NCBI GenBank assembly: GCA_965248355.1 | Contig: OZ252098.1 | Location: 1,177,858-1,241,857 of the forward strand | Source of the DNA: Candidatus Latescibacterota bacterium | GTDB taxonomy: Bacteria > Latescibacterota > UBA2968 > UBA8231 | Direction: 5' to 3' | DNA length: 64,000 nucleotides | In this document: positions 1 to 9,248 of the stretch, one piece after another | How positions within the stretch are numbered: position 1 is the first letter of the stretch | Layout of the letters: each line of letters begins with the position of its first letter | The notes under the pieces: model-generated | Seen by the model: the letters and a program-made list of their open reading frames with translations, nothing else | What the model was told of the DNA's origin: nothing | Databases searched by the model: none | Program-made: the position numbers and the translations under genes

Positions 1-2
1 GC

Positions 3-1706
3 TTCCTGAAGCGCCACGCGGCGCTCATGGAGCTGGCGGGTCTCAACGCCTTCCGGGTGCGGGCCTTCGACAACGCGGCGCGCATGCTCGAGGAGCTGGA
101 GGTCGACATCGCCGGGATGTCGTCCGCCGGGCGGCTGACCGAGATCGACGGCATCGGCAAGGGGGTGGCGGAGTTCGTCGCCGAGTTCATCGACCGGGGC
201 ACCGCGGCGGCCTACGAGGACCTCACCGAGGTGGTCCCGGAGACCTTGCTCGACCTCCTGCGCATCCCCGGCCTGGGCCAGAAGAAGGTGAAGGCCCTGT
301 ACGACGCCCTCGGCGTCGCCACCTTGGAGGAGCTGGAGGCCGCCTGCCGGGACGGCCGGCTGGGGGAGCTGCCCGGATTCGGCCCCCGGACCCGGGAGAA
401 CCTCCTGCGCGGTATCGCCGGCCTGGCCCGGTTCCGCGGCCGCTATCGGTACGACCAGGCCCTGGCCGACGCGCGGACCCTGCTGCAGGCGCTGCAGGCC
501 CATCCGCGCACCATCCGCGCCAGCCTCGCCGGCAGCCTGCGCCGCCGCCGGGAGGTGGTCAAGGACATCGACATCGTCCTGAGCACCGAGTCCCCCGGAG
601 AAGTGGGGGGCCTCTTTGCCGGACTCCCCGGCGTGGTGGAGGTGATCGCCCGGGGGGAGCGCAAGGTCTCGGTGCGCCTGGAGAGCGGCCTGCAGGCCGA
701 CTTGCGGCTCGTCGAGGACTCCCGTTTCCCCTCCATGCTCCACCACTTCACCGGCAGCCGGGAGCACAACGTGGCCATGCGCTCCCGCGCCCTGGCCCGC
801 GGCCTGCACCTGAACGAGTACGGCCTGTTCCAGGGGCGGGAGGGCGACGGCGAGCCCGTACCCTGCGAGCAGGAGGCGGATTTGTTCCGGGCCCTCGGCC
901 TGAGCGAGGTGCCGGCGGAGCTGCGAGAGGGTCTCGGCGAGGTGGAGGCGGCGGCGGCCGGAGAGCTTCCCCGCCTGCTGACGGCCGCGGATGTTCGGGG
1001 CCTGCTCCACGTCCACACGCGCGCCTCGGACGGCGTCGACACCCTCGAGGGGATGGTCGACGCCGCGCGCCGGCGGGGCTACGAGTACGTCGCCATCTGC
1101 GATCACTCCAAGTCGGCGGGCTACGTGTACGGCATGAAGGAGGCCGACGTGGAGGCGCAGCACCGCGAGATCGACGCCCTGCAGGCGGAGCGCTCCGACA
1201 TACGCATCCTCAAAGGCATCGAATCCGAGGTGCTGCGAGACGGCTCCCTCGACTACGACGACGAGTTCCTGGGCCGCTTCGATCTGGTCGTGGCGGCCGT
1301 GCACAATGCCATGGGCATGGACGAGCTCGAGCTGACCCGCCGCGTCGTGCGGGCGGTGGAGCATCCGGCCACGTCGATCCTCGCCCACCCCACCGGCCGG
1401 ATCCTGCTGGAGCGCGACGGCCATCCCCTCGATCTGGAGGAGGTCCTGGCCGCCGCCGCGGCCCATGGCGTGGCCCTGGAGTTGAATACCCATCCCGCCC
1501 GGCTCGACCTCGACTGGCGCTGGTTGCGCCGGGCCCGCGATCTCGGCGCGCGCATCGCCGTCAACACCGACGCCCACAAGATCGCCGACCTCGACAACCT
1601 CGGCCTCGGTGTCGGCATCGCCCGCAAGGGCTGGCTCACGCCCCCGGACGTGATCAACACCCGGGCCGTGGACGACCTGCTGAGCTGGTCCCGCCGGAGC
1701 ACCTGA
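3..1706 (+). CDS. polX: DNA polymerase X / PHP-domain 3'-5' exonuclease (5' end lies before the window)
   Basis: HhH motifs (IDGIGKG, IPGLGQK, LPGFGPR), GSLRR..KDID catalytic motif, HFTGSREHN, PHP motifs HVHT, DHS, AHPTGR, NTDAH; frame is open back to the window edge. Confidence 0.93.
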   Translation, partial: FLKRHAALMELAGLNAFRVRAFDNAARMLEELEVDIAGMSSAGRLTEIDGIGKGVAEFVAEFIDRGTAAAYEDLTEVVPETLLDLLRIPGLGQKKVKALYDALGVATLEELEAACRDGRLGELPGFGPRTRENLLRGIAGLARFRGRYRYDQALADARTLLQALQAHPRTIRASLAGSLRRRREVVKDIDIVLSTESPGEVGGLFAGLPGVVEVIARGERKVSVRLESGLQADLRLVEDSRFPSMLHHFTGSREHNVAMRSRALARGLHLNEYGLFQGREGDGEPVPCEQEADLFRALGLSEVPAELREGLGEVEAAAAGELPRLLTAADVRGLLHVHTRASDGVDTLEGMVDAARRRGYEYVAICDHSKSAGYVYGMKEADVEAQHREIDALQAERSDIRILKGIESEVLRDGSLDYDDEFLGRFDLVVAAVHNAMGMDELELTRRVVRAVEHPATSILAHPTGRILLERDGHPLDLEEVLAAAAAHGVALELNTHPARLDLDWRWLRRARDLGARIAVNTDAHKIADLDNLGLGVGIARKGWLTPPDVINTRAVDDLLSWSRRST

Positions 1707-1795
1707 GCCCGAGGGACGCTTCCCGCCACGACGCCCTCGGCCCAGGAGGACGATCGCCGTCCACGGGATCGATCCCTCCGGGGAATTCATGGGTT

Positions 1796-1815
1796 ATATC
1801 AATATATCCTGATAT
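1796..1815. promoter_or_regulatory. 20-bp palindromic operator upstream of metH (SahR-like)
   Basis: ATATCA-ATATATCC-TGATAT, an AT-rich inverted repeat in a GC-rich background, overlapping the -35 element by 1 nt. Confidence 0.7.
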
Positions 1816-1843
1816 TGACATTAACCGGAACCGCCGCTAGCTT
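1815..1843 (+). promoter_or_regulatory. sigma70-type promoter of metH
   Basis: TTGACA(1815-1820)-N17-TAGCTT(1838-1843). Confidence 0.7.
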
Positions 1844-1897
1844 CGACCGTCGGCTCAAGGTGGCAACCTCCTCTCCCCCAAGACCCTGGCTCACTTC

Positions 1898-4800
1898 ATG
1901 ACGGCCCCATCAGGGACCACCCGGACGGACGCCGACCTCCACGGACTCCTGGCCGAGCGCATCCTCCTGCTCGACGGCGCCATGGCCACCCGGATCCAGG
2001 CTCTGGGGCTGACGGAGCAGGAGTTCCGGGGAGAGCGGTTCGCGGATCACCCCGCCGACCTGGCCGGTTGCAACGATCTGCTCTGCCTCACCCGGCCCGA
2101 CGACGTGCGCCGCATCCACGCCGAGTACCTGGCGGCCGGCGCCGACCTCCTCACCACCAACACCTTCAACGCCACTCCCGTATCGCTGCAGGACTACGGG
2201 CTCGAAGGCCAGGTGGAAGAGATCAACGAGGCGGCGGCCCGGCTGGCGCGGCAGGCGGCCGCCGACGCCACCTCCAGGGATCCTTCCCGGCCTCGCTTCG
2301 TGGCCGGGTCGATCGGCCCCACGCGCACCACCCTCTCCCTGTCCCCCGACGTGGAGGATCCCGCCTTCCGGTCCCACGGCTTCGACGAGATCGCCGAGGG
2401 CTACCGCCTCCAGATCGAGGGCCTCGAGGCCGGGGGTGTCGACGTGCTGCTGGCCGAGACCGTCTTCGACACCCTCACCCTGAAGGCCTGCCTCCACGCA
2501 CTCCAGGACTTCTACGAGTCGGGCGGCCGGCGCCTGCCCCTGATGATCTCGGTGACGGTCACGGACCGCAGCGGCCGCACCCTGTCCGGCCAGACCGTGG
2601 AGGCCTTCTGGCACTCGGTGGAGCAGGCGCCGGGGCTGCTCAGCATCGGCGTCAACTGCTCCCTCGGACCGGCCGATATGCGCGCCTACGTGGAGGAGCT
2701 GGCTCGACTCGCGCCGGTGTACGTCACCTGCCATCCGAACGCCGGGCTGCCGAACGAGCTCGGCCGCTACGAGGAGACCCCGGGCGAGGTCTCCTCCGTC
2801 CTCGGCCGGTTCGCGCGGGACGGTCTGCTCAACATGGTGGGCGGCTGCTGCGGAACAACGCCGAGGCACATCCGGGCCCTGGCCGAATCGGTGTCGGGGG
2901 TGGCCCCGCGGGAGCCGGCTGCGGCCATGGACCTCGCCCGCTACAGCGGTCTGGAACCGCTGGTGGTTCACCGGGACTCGAGCTTCATCCTGGTCGGCGA
3001 ACGGACCAACGTCACCGGCTCGCGCCGCTTCGCGCGCCTGCTCCGCGAGGGCGACTACGAAGGGGCCGTGGAGGTGGCGCGGCAGCAGGTCCAAGGCGGC
3101 GCCAACATCCTCGACGTGAACATGGACGAGGGGCTGCTCGACTCGGCCGCCATGATGCGGACCTTCCTGAACCGCATCGCCGGGGAGCCCGACATCGCCG
3201 CCCTGCCGGTGATGATCGACAGCTCCGACTTCGAGGTCATCGAGGCGGGCCTGCGCTGCGTGCAGGGCAAGGCGATCGTCAACTCCATCAGCCTGAAGGA
3301 GGGCGAGGAGGTCTTCCGCCGGCAGGCGCGCACCTGCCGGCGCTTCGGCGCCGCCGTGGTGGTCATGGCCTTCGACGAGCGCGGCCAGGCGGTCACCGTC
3401 GACCGCCGCCTCGAGATCTACGAACGGGCCTGGCGCATCCTCGTGGAGGAGGTCGGATTCGCCCCGGCCGACCTGATCTTCGATCCCAACATCCTCACCG
3501 TGGCCACGGGCATGGAGGAACACGACGAGTACGCCCGGGACTACCTCGAATCCCTTCGCCGGCTGCGCCCTCTCTACCCCGGGGTCAAGCTGTCGGGGGG
3601 CGTGAGCAACGTCTCCTTCTCCTTCCGCGGCAACGACACCGTGCGCCGGGCCATGCACTCGGCCCTGCTCTTCCACGCGATCCGGGCGGGCCTGGACATG
3701 GGCATCGTCAACGCCGGCGAGCTGGTCCTGTACGAGGACATCCCCTCCGACTTGCTCGGGCTCGTGGAGGACGTGCTGCTGGCCCGGCGGTCCGACGCCA
3801 CGGCCCGCCTGCTGGCCTTCGCCGCGGAGCTGAAGGAAGAAGGGGGCCCCCGCCCGGGGCCCGGGGAGGAAGCCTGGCGCCGGGAGCCGCTGGCGCAGCG
3901 CCTGGTCCACGCCCTGCTCCACGGACGCACGGAGTTCCTCGAGGAGGATCTCGAGGAGGCCCTGGACCGCTTCGACGAGCCCCTGAAGATCATCGAGGGG
4001 CCGCTCATGGACGGCATGAACCGCGTGGGAGACCTCTTCGGGGCGGGCAAGATGTTCCTGCCGCAGGTGGTCAAGTCGGCCCGGGTGATGAAGCAGGCCG
4101 TGGCCCGCCTGGAGCCCCTGATGGAAGACCCGCGGCGAAGCGGGCGGAAGGCCCCGAAGCGGCGCACGAAGATCGTGATGGCCACGGTCCGGGGAGACGT
4201 CCACGACATCGGCAAGAACATCGCCGGGGTCGTGCTGCGCTGTCACAACGTCGACGTCGTCGACCTGGGGGTGATGGTGCCGGCCGAGCGCATCCTCGAC
4301 ACGGCCCGGGACGAGGAGGCCGACCTGATCGGCCTCAGCGGCTTGATCACCCCCTCCCTCGACGAGATGGTCCACGTGGCCCGGGAGATGGAACGCAGGG
4401 GCTTCGAAGCTCCCCTGCTGATCGGCGGCGCCACCACGAGCCGCAAGCACACGGCGGTGAAGATCGCCCCCGCCTTCGGCGGCCCCACCCTGCACGTGGC
4501 CGATGCCTCGCGGGCCCCCGCCGTCGTCTCGGGGCTGGTCGGCCCCGAACGCCAGGCCCTCATCGAGGAGAACCGTTCCCGGCAGGCGAGGGCCCGCGCC
4601 GCCTTCGAGGCCGGTTCCGGTGGCGGCGACCTGGTCTCCATCGAGGAGGCCCGGGAGCGCCGCCTGCACCTCGATTTCGGAGCGGACGAGGTGGCGGTGC
4701 CGCGGTTCACGGGCCTGCGCACACTCGATCCGCCGGTGGAGGAGGTGGCCGGGTACATCGACTGGGGGCCCTTCTTCCACCTGTGGGACCTGCGCGGCCC

Positions 4801-5632
4801 CTATCCCGCCATCCTGGAGGCCGACGACGAGCGGGGAGAGCAGGCGCGGGTCCTGTTTCAGGACGCCCGCAGCCTCCTGCAGCGGGTGGCGGAGGAGTCC
4901 TGGCTGCGGACCCGGGCGATCTACGGCCTGTTCCGCGCCGCCTCCGATGGCGACGACGTCACCGTCTGCGCTGACGGAGAGACGTCGAGGTCCCGCTTCC
5001 GATTCTTGCGGCAGCAGCGGCGCAAGCGGAACGACGAGGCCCCCATGTACTGCCTGGCCGACTTCGTGGCGCCCGAGGGAGCGGCCCGGGACCATCTGGG
5101 CGCCTTCGCCGTCACCGCCGGAATCGGGGCGGCGGAGCGCGCCGCCCAGCTGGAGTCACAGCACGACGACTACTCGGCCATCCTCCTCAAAGCGCTGGCC
5201 GACCGCCTGGCGGAGGCCCTGGTCGAGATGGTCCACGAGCGGATCCGCCGGGACTGGGGCTACGGATCGGCGGAGCGGCTGTCCAGGGAGGACCTGATCC
5301 GGCAGCGCTACCGGGGCATCCGCCCGGCGCCCGGATACCCCGCCTGTCCGGACCACACCGAGAAGCGCCTGCTCTTCGGGCTGCTGGACGCGGAGACCGC
5401 CACCGGCATCCGCCTCACCGAGACCTGCGCCATGATGCCCGCCGCCTCGGTCAGCGGCCTCTGTTTCCAGCATCCGGCCTCCCGCTACTTCGCGGTAGGC
5501 CCGGTAGGACGGGACCAGGTCGGCGACTACGCGGCCCGCAAGGGGATCTCGCGGTCGGAGGCCGAGACCTGGCTCGGTCCGAGCCTGGCCTACGATCCGG
5601 CGCGGATAGCCCCCGAAGGAGCCGGGAGATGA
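1898..5632 (+). CDS. metH: Cobalamin-dependent methionine synthase
   Basis: [14 protein letters not shown] Zn site, [10 protein letters not shown]12-binding GDVHDIGKN and SGLITPSL, reactivation domain [12 protein letters not shown]; full length 1244 aa. Confidence 0.98.
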   Translation: MTAPSGTTRTDADLHGLLAERILLLDGAMATRIQALGLTEQEFRGERFADHPADLAGCNDLLCLTRPDDVRRIHAEYLAAGADLLTTNTFNATPVSLQDYGLEGQVEEINEAAARLARQAAADATSRDPSRPRFVAGSIGPTRTTLSLSPDVEDPAFRSHGFDEIAEGYRLQIEGLEAGGVDVLLAETVFDTLTLKACLHALQDFYESGGRRLPLMISVTVTDRSGRTLSGQTVEAFWHSVEQAPGLLSIGVNCSLGPADMRAYVEELARLAPVYVTCHPNAGLPNELGRYEETPGEVSSVLGRFARDGLLNMVGGCCGTTPRHIRALAESVSGVAPREPAAAMDLARYSGLEPLVVHRDSSFILVGERTNVTGSRRFARLLREGDYEGAVEVARQQVQGGANILDVNMDEGLLDSAAMMRTFLNRIAGEPDIAALPVMIDSSDFEVIEAGLRCVQGKAIVNSISLKEGEEVFRRQARTCRRFGAAVVVMAFDERGQAVTVDRRLEIYERAWRILVEEVGFAPADLIFDPNILTVATGMEEHDEYARDYLESLRRLRPLYPGVKLSGGVSNVSFSFRGNDTVRRAMHSALLFHAIRAGLDMGIVNAGELVLYEDIPSDLLGLVEDVLLARRSDATARLLAFAAELKEEGGPRPGPGEEAWRREPLAQRLVHALLHGRTEFLEEDLEEALDRFDEPLKIIEGPLMDGMNRVGDLFGAGKMFLPQVVKSARVMKQAVARLEPLMEDPRRSGRKAPKRRTKIVMATVRGDVHDIGKNIAGVVLRCHNVDVVDLGVMVPAERILDTARDEEADLIGLSGLITPSLDEMVHVAREMERRGFEAPLLIGGATTSRKHTAVKIAPAFGGPTLHVADASRAPAVVSGLVGPERQALIEENRSRQARARAAFEAGSGGGDLVSIEEARERRLHLDFGADEVAVPRFTGLRTLDPPVEEVAGYIDWGPFFHLWDLRGPYPAILEADDERGEQARVLFQDARSLLQRVAEESWLRTRAIYGLFRAASDGDDVTVCADGETSRSRFRFLRQQRRKRNDEAPMYCLADFVAPEGAARDHLGAFAVTAGIGAAERAAQLESQHDDYSAILLKALADRLAEALVEMVHERIRRDWGYGSAERLSREDLIRQRYRGIRPAPGYPACPDHTEKRLLFGLLDAETATGIRLTETCAMMPAASVSGLCFQHPASRYFAVGPVGRDQVGDYAARKGISRSEAETWLGPSLAYDPARIAPEGAGR

Positions 5633-5687
5633 GGGGCGGCGCTCCGCAGCGGGTGCCCGCGAGGGCTGGAGCGGTGCTGCTCGTCCG

Positions 5688-6602
5688 TCAGCCGCCAGGC
5701 CCCGGCGACCTCTTGAGCCACGCGGGCAGGCGAATCCCCTCCGACAGCCGCCAGGCCGTCAGGTAGAGGGAGGCGGTGAAGGCCACCGCCCGCCGGCCGC
5801 GCTCCTCGGCGAAGGCCCGGGCCGGCGCCGATACCGGGTCGAGCCCCCCCGCCAGGTCGTAGACCCTGTCCACCTGCCCGTTGCTCTCCAGGACCTGATC
5901 GCGCACGGCGGCGAACAACTCCCCCTCCACGGGGGCCACCTGCACTCCCTTGGCCAGCTCCCCGGCGGTCAGGCCGATGCGCTCGATGAGGGAATCGACC
6001 TTCTCGTGAATGCCGGCGCCGGTCCGCGAGCCGTCATCGCCGACGCGGCCGTTGTAGTGGATGGTGGCGTGCAGGGGCTGGACGATGTCCTCGGCGTAGT
6101 GGGCGAGGAACCCGGCGTAGACCAGGCACTTGGCCTGGATCGCCTCGTTCTCCGGCCACTTGCGGTGCTCGGCGAAGGCCACGGCGAGGCGCTCGGCGTA
6201 CTCGGTGACGGCGTAGGGGGCGAAGCCGACCTCTTCGGGGGCGATGTCGAGAGTGTCGCAGAGGGCGACGAAGTCGTAGCGCTGGTCGGGCAGCTCCTGG
6301 CCCTGCAACAGCTCGATGTCGGCGAAGTGCTCGGGGAACTCCCCGTGCCGGACGTGCGGGGCGCCCCGGTTCTTGGCGATGTCGGGGTCGAAGGAGAGGT
6401 GGGCGGCCATCGGGCCGCCGGACCGGAAGAAGGCGGGCACCTCCCCGGGCAGGACCAGGACCGAGGCCCGCGTCAGCAGGGCGTGGGTGTCCCCCCACCA
6501 GGCCGCCGCCGGCTGCGCCAGGGCCAGTCCGGCCACGACCACCGAGGCCACGGACCAGGAGGCGGGACCCCTCCGCCGGCCCGTCCGGCCCTGCGTTGAC
6601 AC
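5688..6602 (-). CDS. Secreted S1/P1 nuclease / Zn-dependent phospholipase C family protein (start uncertain: GTG 6602 or ATG 6632)
   Basis: Signal peptide ending AAA then WWGDTH; EHFAD, AHYAEDIVQPLH and GIHEKVD Zn-ligand motifs. Confidence 0.8.
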   Translation of the reverse strand: MSTQGRTGRRRGPASWSVASVVVAGLALAQPAAAWWGDTHALLTRASVLVLPGEVPAFFRSGGPMAAHLSFDPDIAKNRGAPHVRHGEFPEHFADIELLQGQELPDQRYDFVALCDTLDIAPEEVGFAPYAVTEYAERLAVAFAEHRKWPENEAIQAKCLVYAGFLAHYAEDIVQPLHATIHYNGRVGDDGSRTGAGIHEKVDSLIERIGLTAGELAKGVQVAPVEGELFAAVRDQVLESNGQVDRVYDLAGGLDPVSAPARAFAEERGRRAVAFTASLYLTAWRLSEGIRLPAWLKRSPGPGG

Positions 6603-6623
6603 TCTTCGAGTGCTCCCTATAGT
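6596..6623 (+). promoter_or_regulatory. sigma70-type promoter of peroxiredoxin gene
   Basis: TTGACA(6596-6601)-N16-TATAGT(6618-6623); GGAGGAG ribosome binding site at 6654-6660. Confidence 0.65.
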
Positions 6624-6669
6624 AGAATTCATCGAACCTTCATCCTTTTGCCAGGAGGAGCAATACACC

Positions 6670-7305
6670 ATGGCGATTCGATTGGGCGACGAAGCGCCCG
6701 ACTTCAGCGCCGAGACCACGGAGGGAACGATCTCCTTCCACGAGTGGATCGGGGACGGCTGGGCCGTCCTGTTCTCACACCCCGCCGACTTCACCCCGGT
6801 ATGCACGACCGAGCTGGGCACGGTGGCCAAGCTGAAATCCGAGTTCGACAGGCGCAACGTCAAGATCATCGGGCTCAGCGTCGACCCCGTCGATTCCCAC
6901 GGCCGCTGGATCGGGGACATCAACGAGACCCAGAACACGACCGTCAACTTTCCCCTGATCGCCGATCCGGATCGAGAGGTCTCCAACCTCTACGATATGA
7001 TCCACCCGAACGCGCTCGACAACCTGACGGTGCGCTCCGTGTTCGTCATCGGCCCCGACAAGAAGGTCAAGCTCACCCTGACCTACCCCGCCTCGACCGG
7101 CCGCAACTTCGACGAGATCCTGCGCGTGATCGACTCCCTGCAGCTGACCGCCAAACACTCGGTGGCCACGCCGGCCAACTGGACGGACGGTGAGGACTGC
7201 ATCATCGTGCCGGCCGTAAGCGACGAGGATGCCAGGAGCATGTTCCCGAAGGGCTTCGACGCGGTGAAGCCCTACCTGCGGATCACGCCCCAGCCGAACC
7301 GGTAG
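6670..7305 (+). CDS. 1-Cys peroxiredoxin (Prx6 family)
   Basis: FSHPADFTPVCTTE and YPASTGRNFDEILRVIDSLQL motifs; ATG at 6670 with strong SD. Confidence 0.95.
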   Translation: MAIRLGDEAPDFSAETTEGTISFHEWIGDGWAVLFSHPADFTPVCTTELGTVAKLKSEFDRRNVKIIGLSVDPVDSHGRWIGDINETQNTTVNFPLIADPDREVSNLYDMIHPNALDNLTVRSVFVIGPDKKVKLTLTYPASTGRNFDEILRVIDSLQLTAKHSVATPANWTDGEDCIIVPAVSDEDARSMFPKGFDAVKPYLRITPQPNR

Positions 7306-7354
7306 TACCACCCGGCTCGCACCACCGTCCCCGGAGGAGCGGGAGGAGGCGGCC

Positions 7355-7822
7355 TCAGAACGGCAGGCCGTCGTCCTCCAGCGCTCCGGGGGGCTGGGCC
7401 GTCGTTTCGGGTTCCTCCGCCTCGTCGCGCCCGTAGAGGAGATCGAGCTCGCCGGGCCCCCCGGCGCCGTCGACCAACCGGATGTCGGTGACGACGATTT
7501 CGGTCACGCTTTGCCGGTGGCCGTGGTGATCCTCCCACCTCCGGGTCTGCAGGCGTCCCTCGACGTAGACCCGGGTCCCCTTGCACAGATGCTGGCTGGC
7601 GACCTCCGCCAACCGGCGCCAGAACACGAGCCGGTGCCATTCCGTGCGCCGGCGGCGGCCGCCCTTGCGGTCGGTCCAGGTCTCGTCGGTGGCGAGACGG
7701 GCGGTGGTCACCCGGGTCCCGGAGGGGGTGAACCGGGTCTCCGGGACGTCACCGAGGTTGCCCGCGAGAGTCACCTTGTTGAGGCACTTGCCCGGCGCCG
7801 TACGGGACAGGAGATCAGACAT
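7355..7822 (-). CDS. ssb: Single-stranded DNA-binding protein
   Basis: NKVTLAGNLG, TEWHRLVFW, KGTRVYVEGRLQTRRW, acidic C-terminal DDGLPF. Confidence 0.95.
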   Translation of the reverse strand: MSDLLSRTAPGKCLNKVTLAGNLGDVPETRFTPSGTRVTTARLATDETWTDRKGGRRRRTEWHRLVFWRRLAEVASQHLCKGTRVYVEGRLQTRRWEDHHGHRQSVTEIVVTDIRLVDGAGGPGELDLLYGRDEAEEPETTAQPPGALEDDGLPF

Positions 7823-7997
7823 CGTCCCTGTCCGGCCGCGTCCGGCGCTTGCGCCGCGCCTGCGGTGTCTCGATGCCGTAGCGGCGGCACAGACGGCCGA
7901 AACTCCCCGGAGCGATGCCGAGGGCCTGGCCGGCGTCGCGGTTGCTGGCGTAGATCCGCGCGGCCCTCTCGATCCGCTCTCGGTCGAACTGCTCCAT
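7815..7997 (-). CDS. Small (60 aa) basic helix-turn-helix-like protein
   Basis: NRDAGQALGIAPGSFGRLCRRYGI fits an HTH pattern; AGGAGG SD upstream; overlaps the ssb start by 8 nt. Confidence 0.75.
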   Translation of the reverse strand: MEQFDRERIERAARIYASNRDAGQALGIAPGSFGRLCRRYGIETPQARRKRRTRPDRDDV

Positions 7998-8053
7998 GAC
8001 TCGGAACCTCCTGGGATGGGGCTGACGTATCGGCGGGCCCTGTGGTGAACATC

Positions 8054-8082
8054 AGTATACTATTCATATGTGCATGTGTCAA
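8054..8082 (-). promoter_or_regulatory. Near-consensus sigma70 promoter of the HTH-ssb pair with a possible operator in the spacer
   Basis: Minus strand TTGACA(8082-8077)-N17-TATACT(8059-8054); imperfect palindrome TGCAC-ATAT-GAATA in the spacer. Confidence 0.75.
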
Positions 8083-9248
8083 CCCCCGCTCCCCGATCCC
8101 CGGTCCTGCTCCCCGAGATCCTCCAGCACCGAGAGCACCCGCTCGATGTCGGAGGTGCCGTTGTGGACGTGGCCCGAGATGCGCACGCGGCCGTACTCTC
8201 CCCAGACCAGGACGCCCCGGTCCGCGAGCCGCCGGGACAGTCCCGCGGCATCCTCTTCCAGGAAGCAGGTGTTGCCCGAGCGCGCCTCCCTCCGGGAGGG
8301 GGAGATCACGGTCCGGCCCAGGGAGCGCAGACCCGCGTCGACCGCTTCCGAGAGGTCGCGGGCATGATCCTGGACCGCTTCCAAGCCAATCTCCTCCAGA
8401 CGGGCCAACGCCTTCTCCAGAAACATGATAACGACCATGGCAGGATTTCCCGGCTCAAGTCGCTCGGGCATGGGCCGCACCGCCACCTCCGGAGTCCGGA
8501 CGGCTCCCTGAGCCGGCCAGACGGCCAGGTTGCGCCAGCCGAAGCAGCTGTCCCGGACGGCCTCGCCGGCTCGTTCGCCGAGGTAGCAGGGCGCCGTGCC
8601 GTGGGTGGCCAGCATCCACTTGTAGCTGCTGCTCACGCACAGGTCGGTGACCGCCGCGGGGACCTTGACGACGCCGGAGGAATGGGTGGCGTCGACGGCC
8701 AGCAGGCACCCGGGATGGGCGGCCAGACCTTGCGCCAGGGACTCGATATCGAGGTTCTGCCCCGTATAGAAGCCCACCTGGCTCACGGCGAGGACGCGGG
8801 TCCGGTCGTCGACCGCGGCCAGCAGCTCCTCCTCGGCCACGTTCCAGTCCCGGTGCGGTACCATCCGCACCTCCACTCCAAGGTCGGCGATGCTTCGCCA
8901 CGCATAGGCCACGGAAGGGAACTCGAGGTCATCGGTGACGACGTTGTCGCCGGGCCGCCAGTCCAGGCCCCGGGCCAGCCATCCCATGCCCTCGGCCGCC
9001 GAGGGGACGAAGGCCACGCGGTCATGCGGCACGCCCCACAGCCGCGCCACCCGGCCGCGGCAGCTCTCGCCCCGGCGGTAGATCTCGTCGCGTCCGGCGA
9101 GTCCACCGCTCTTGAGGCGGGCGAACTCCCCGTAGACCTGGTCGAACTCCTTCAACCACGGCGCTTCCCCGCCCGTGCACAGGTGCGCGATCCCCTCCAT
9201 GCCGGTGAACAGGGCCGGGTCGAGCAGCGGTGCGATCTCACGTGTCAT
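8079..9248 (-). CDS. Class V PLP-dependent aminotransferase (cysteine desulfurase/lyase-like)
   Basis: DLEFPSV, VDATHS, SSSYKW (PLP lysine), RISGHVHN. Confidence 0.88.
   Translation of the reverse strand: MTREIAPLLDPALFTGMEGIAHLCTGGEAPWLKEFDQVYGEFARLKSGGLAGRDEIYRRGESCRGRVARLWGVPHDRVAFVPSAAEGMGWLARGLDWRPGDNVVTDDLEFPSVAYAWRSIADLGVEVRMVPHRDWNVAEEELLAAVDDRTRVLAVSQVGFYTGQNLDIESLAQGLAAHPGCLLAVDATHSSGVVKVPAAVTDLCVSSSYKWMLATHGTAPCYLGERAGEAVRDSCFGWRNLAVWPAQGAVRTPEVAVRPMPERLEPGNPAMVVIMFLEKALARLEEIGLEAVQDHARDLSEAVDAGLRSLGRTVISPSRREARSGNTCFLEEDAAGLSRRLADRGVLVWGEYGRVRISGHVHNGTSDIERVLSVLEDLGEQDRGSGSGG

Noticed and set aside
1910-5095. Long antisense and alternate-frame ORFs (also 9482-11878, 13258-16107, 22944-26303, 54938-57151, 61025-63016)
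   Set aside because: They shadow well-supported genes, carry no recognisable motifs, and are expected from stop-codon scarcity at high GC
5633-5687. Possible bidirectional terminator between metH and the nuclease-like gene
   Set aside because: Weak GC-rich pairing with no U tract on either strand
6316-6669. Apparent N-terminal extension of the peroxiredoxin, and of the opposite ORF up to 6986
   Set aside because: Promoter and SD point to ATG 6670; the extensions are read-through into the opposite gene
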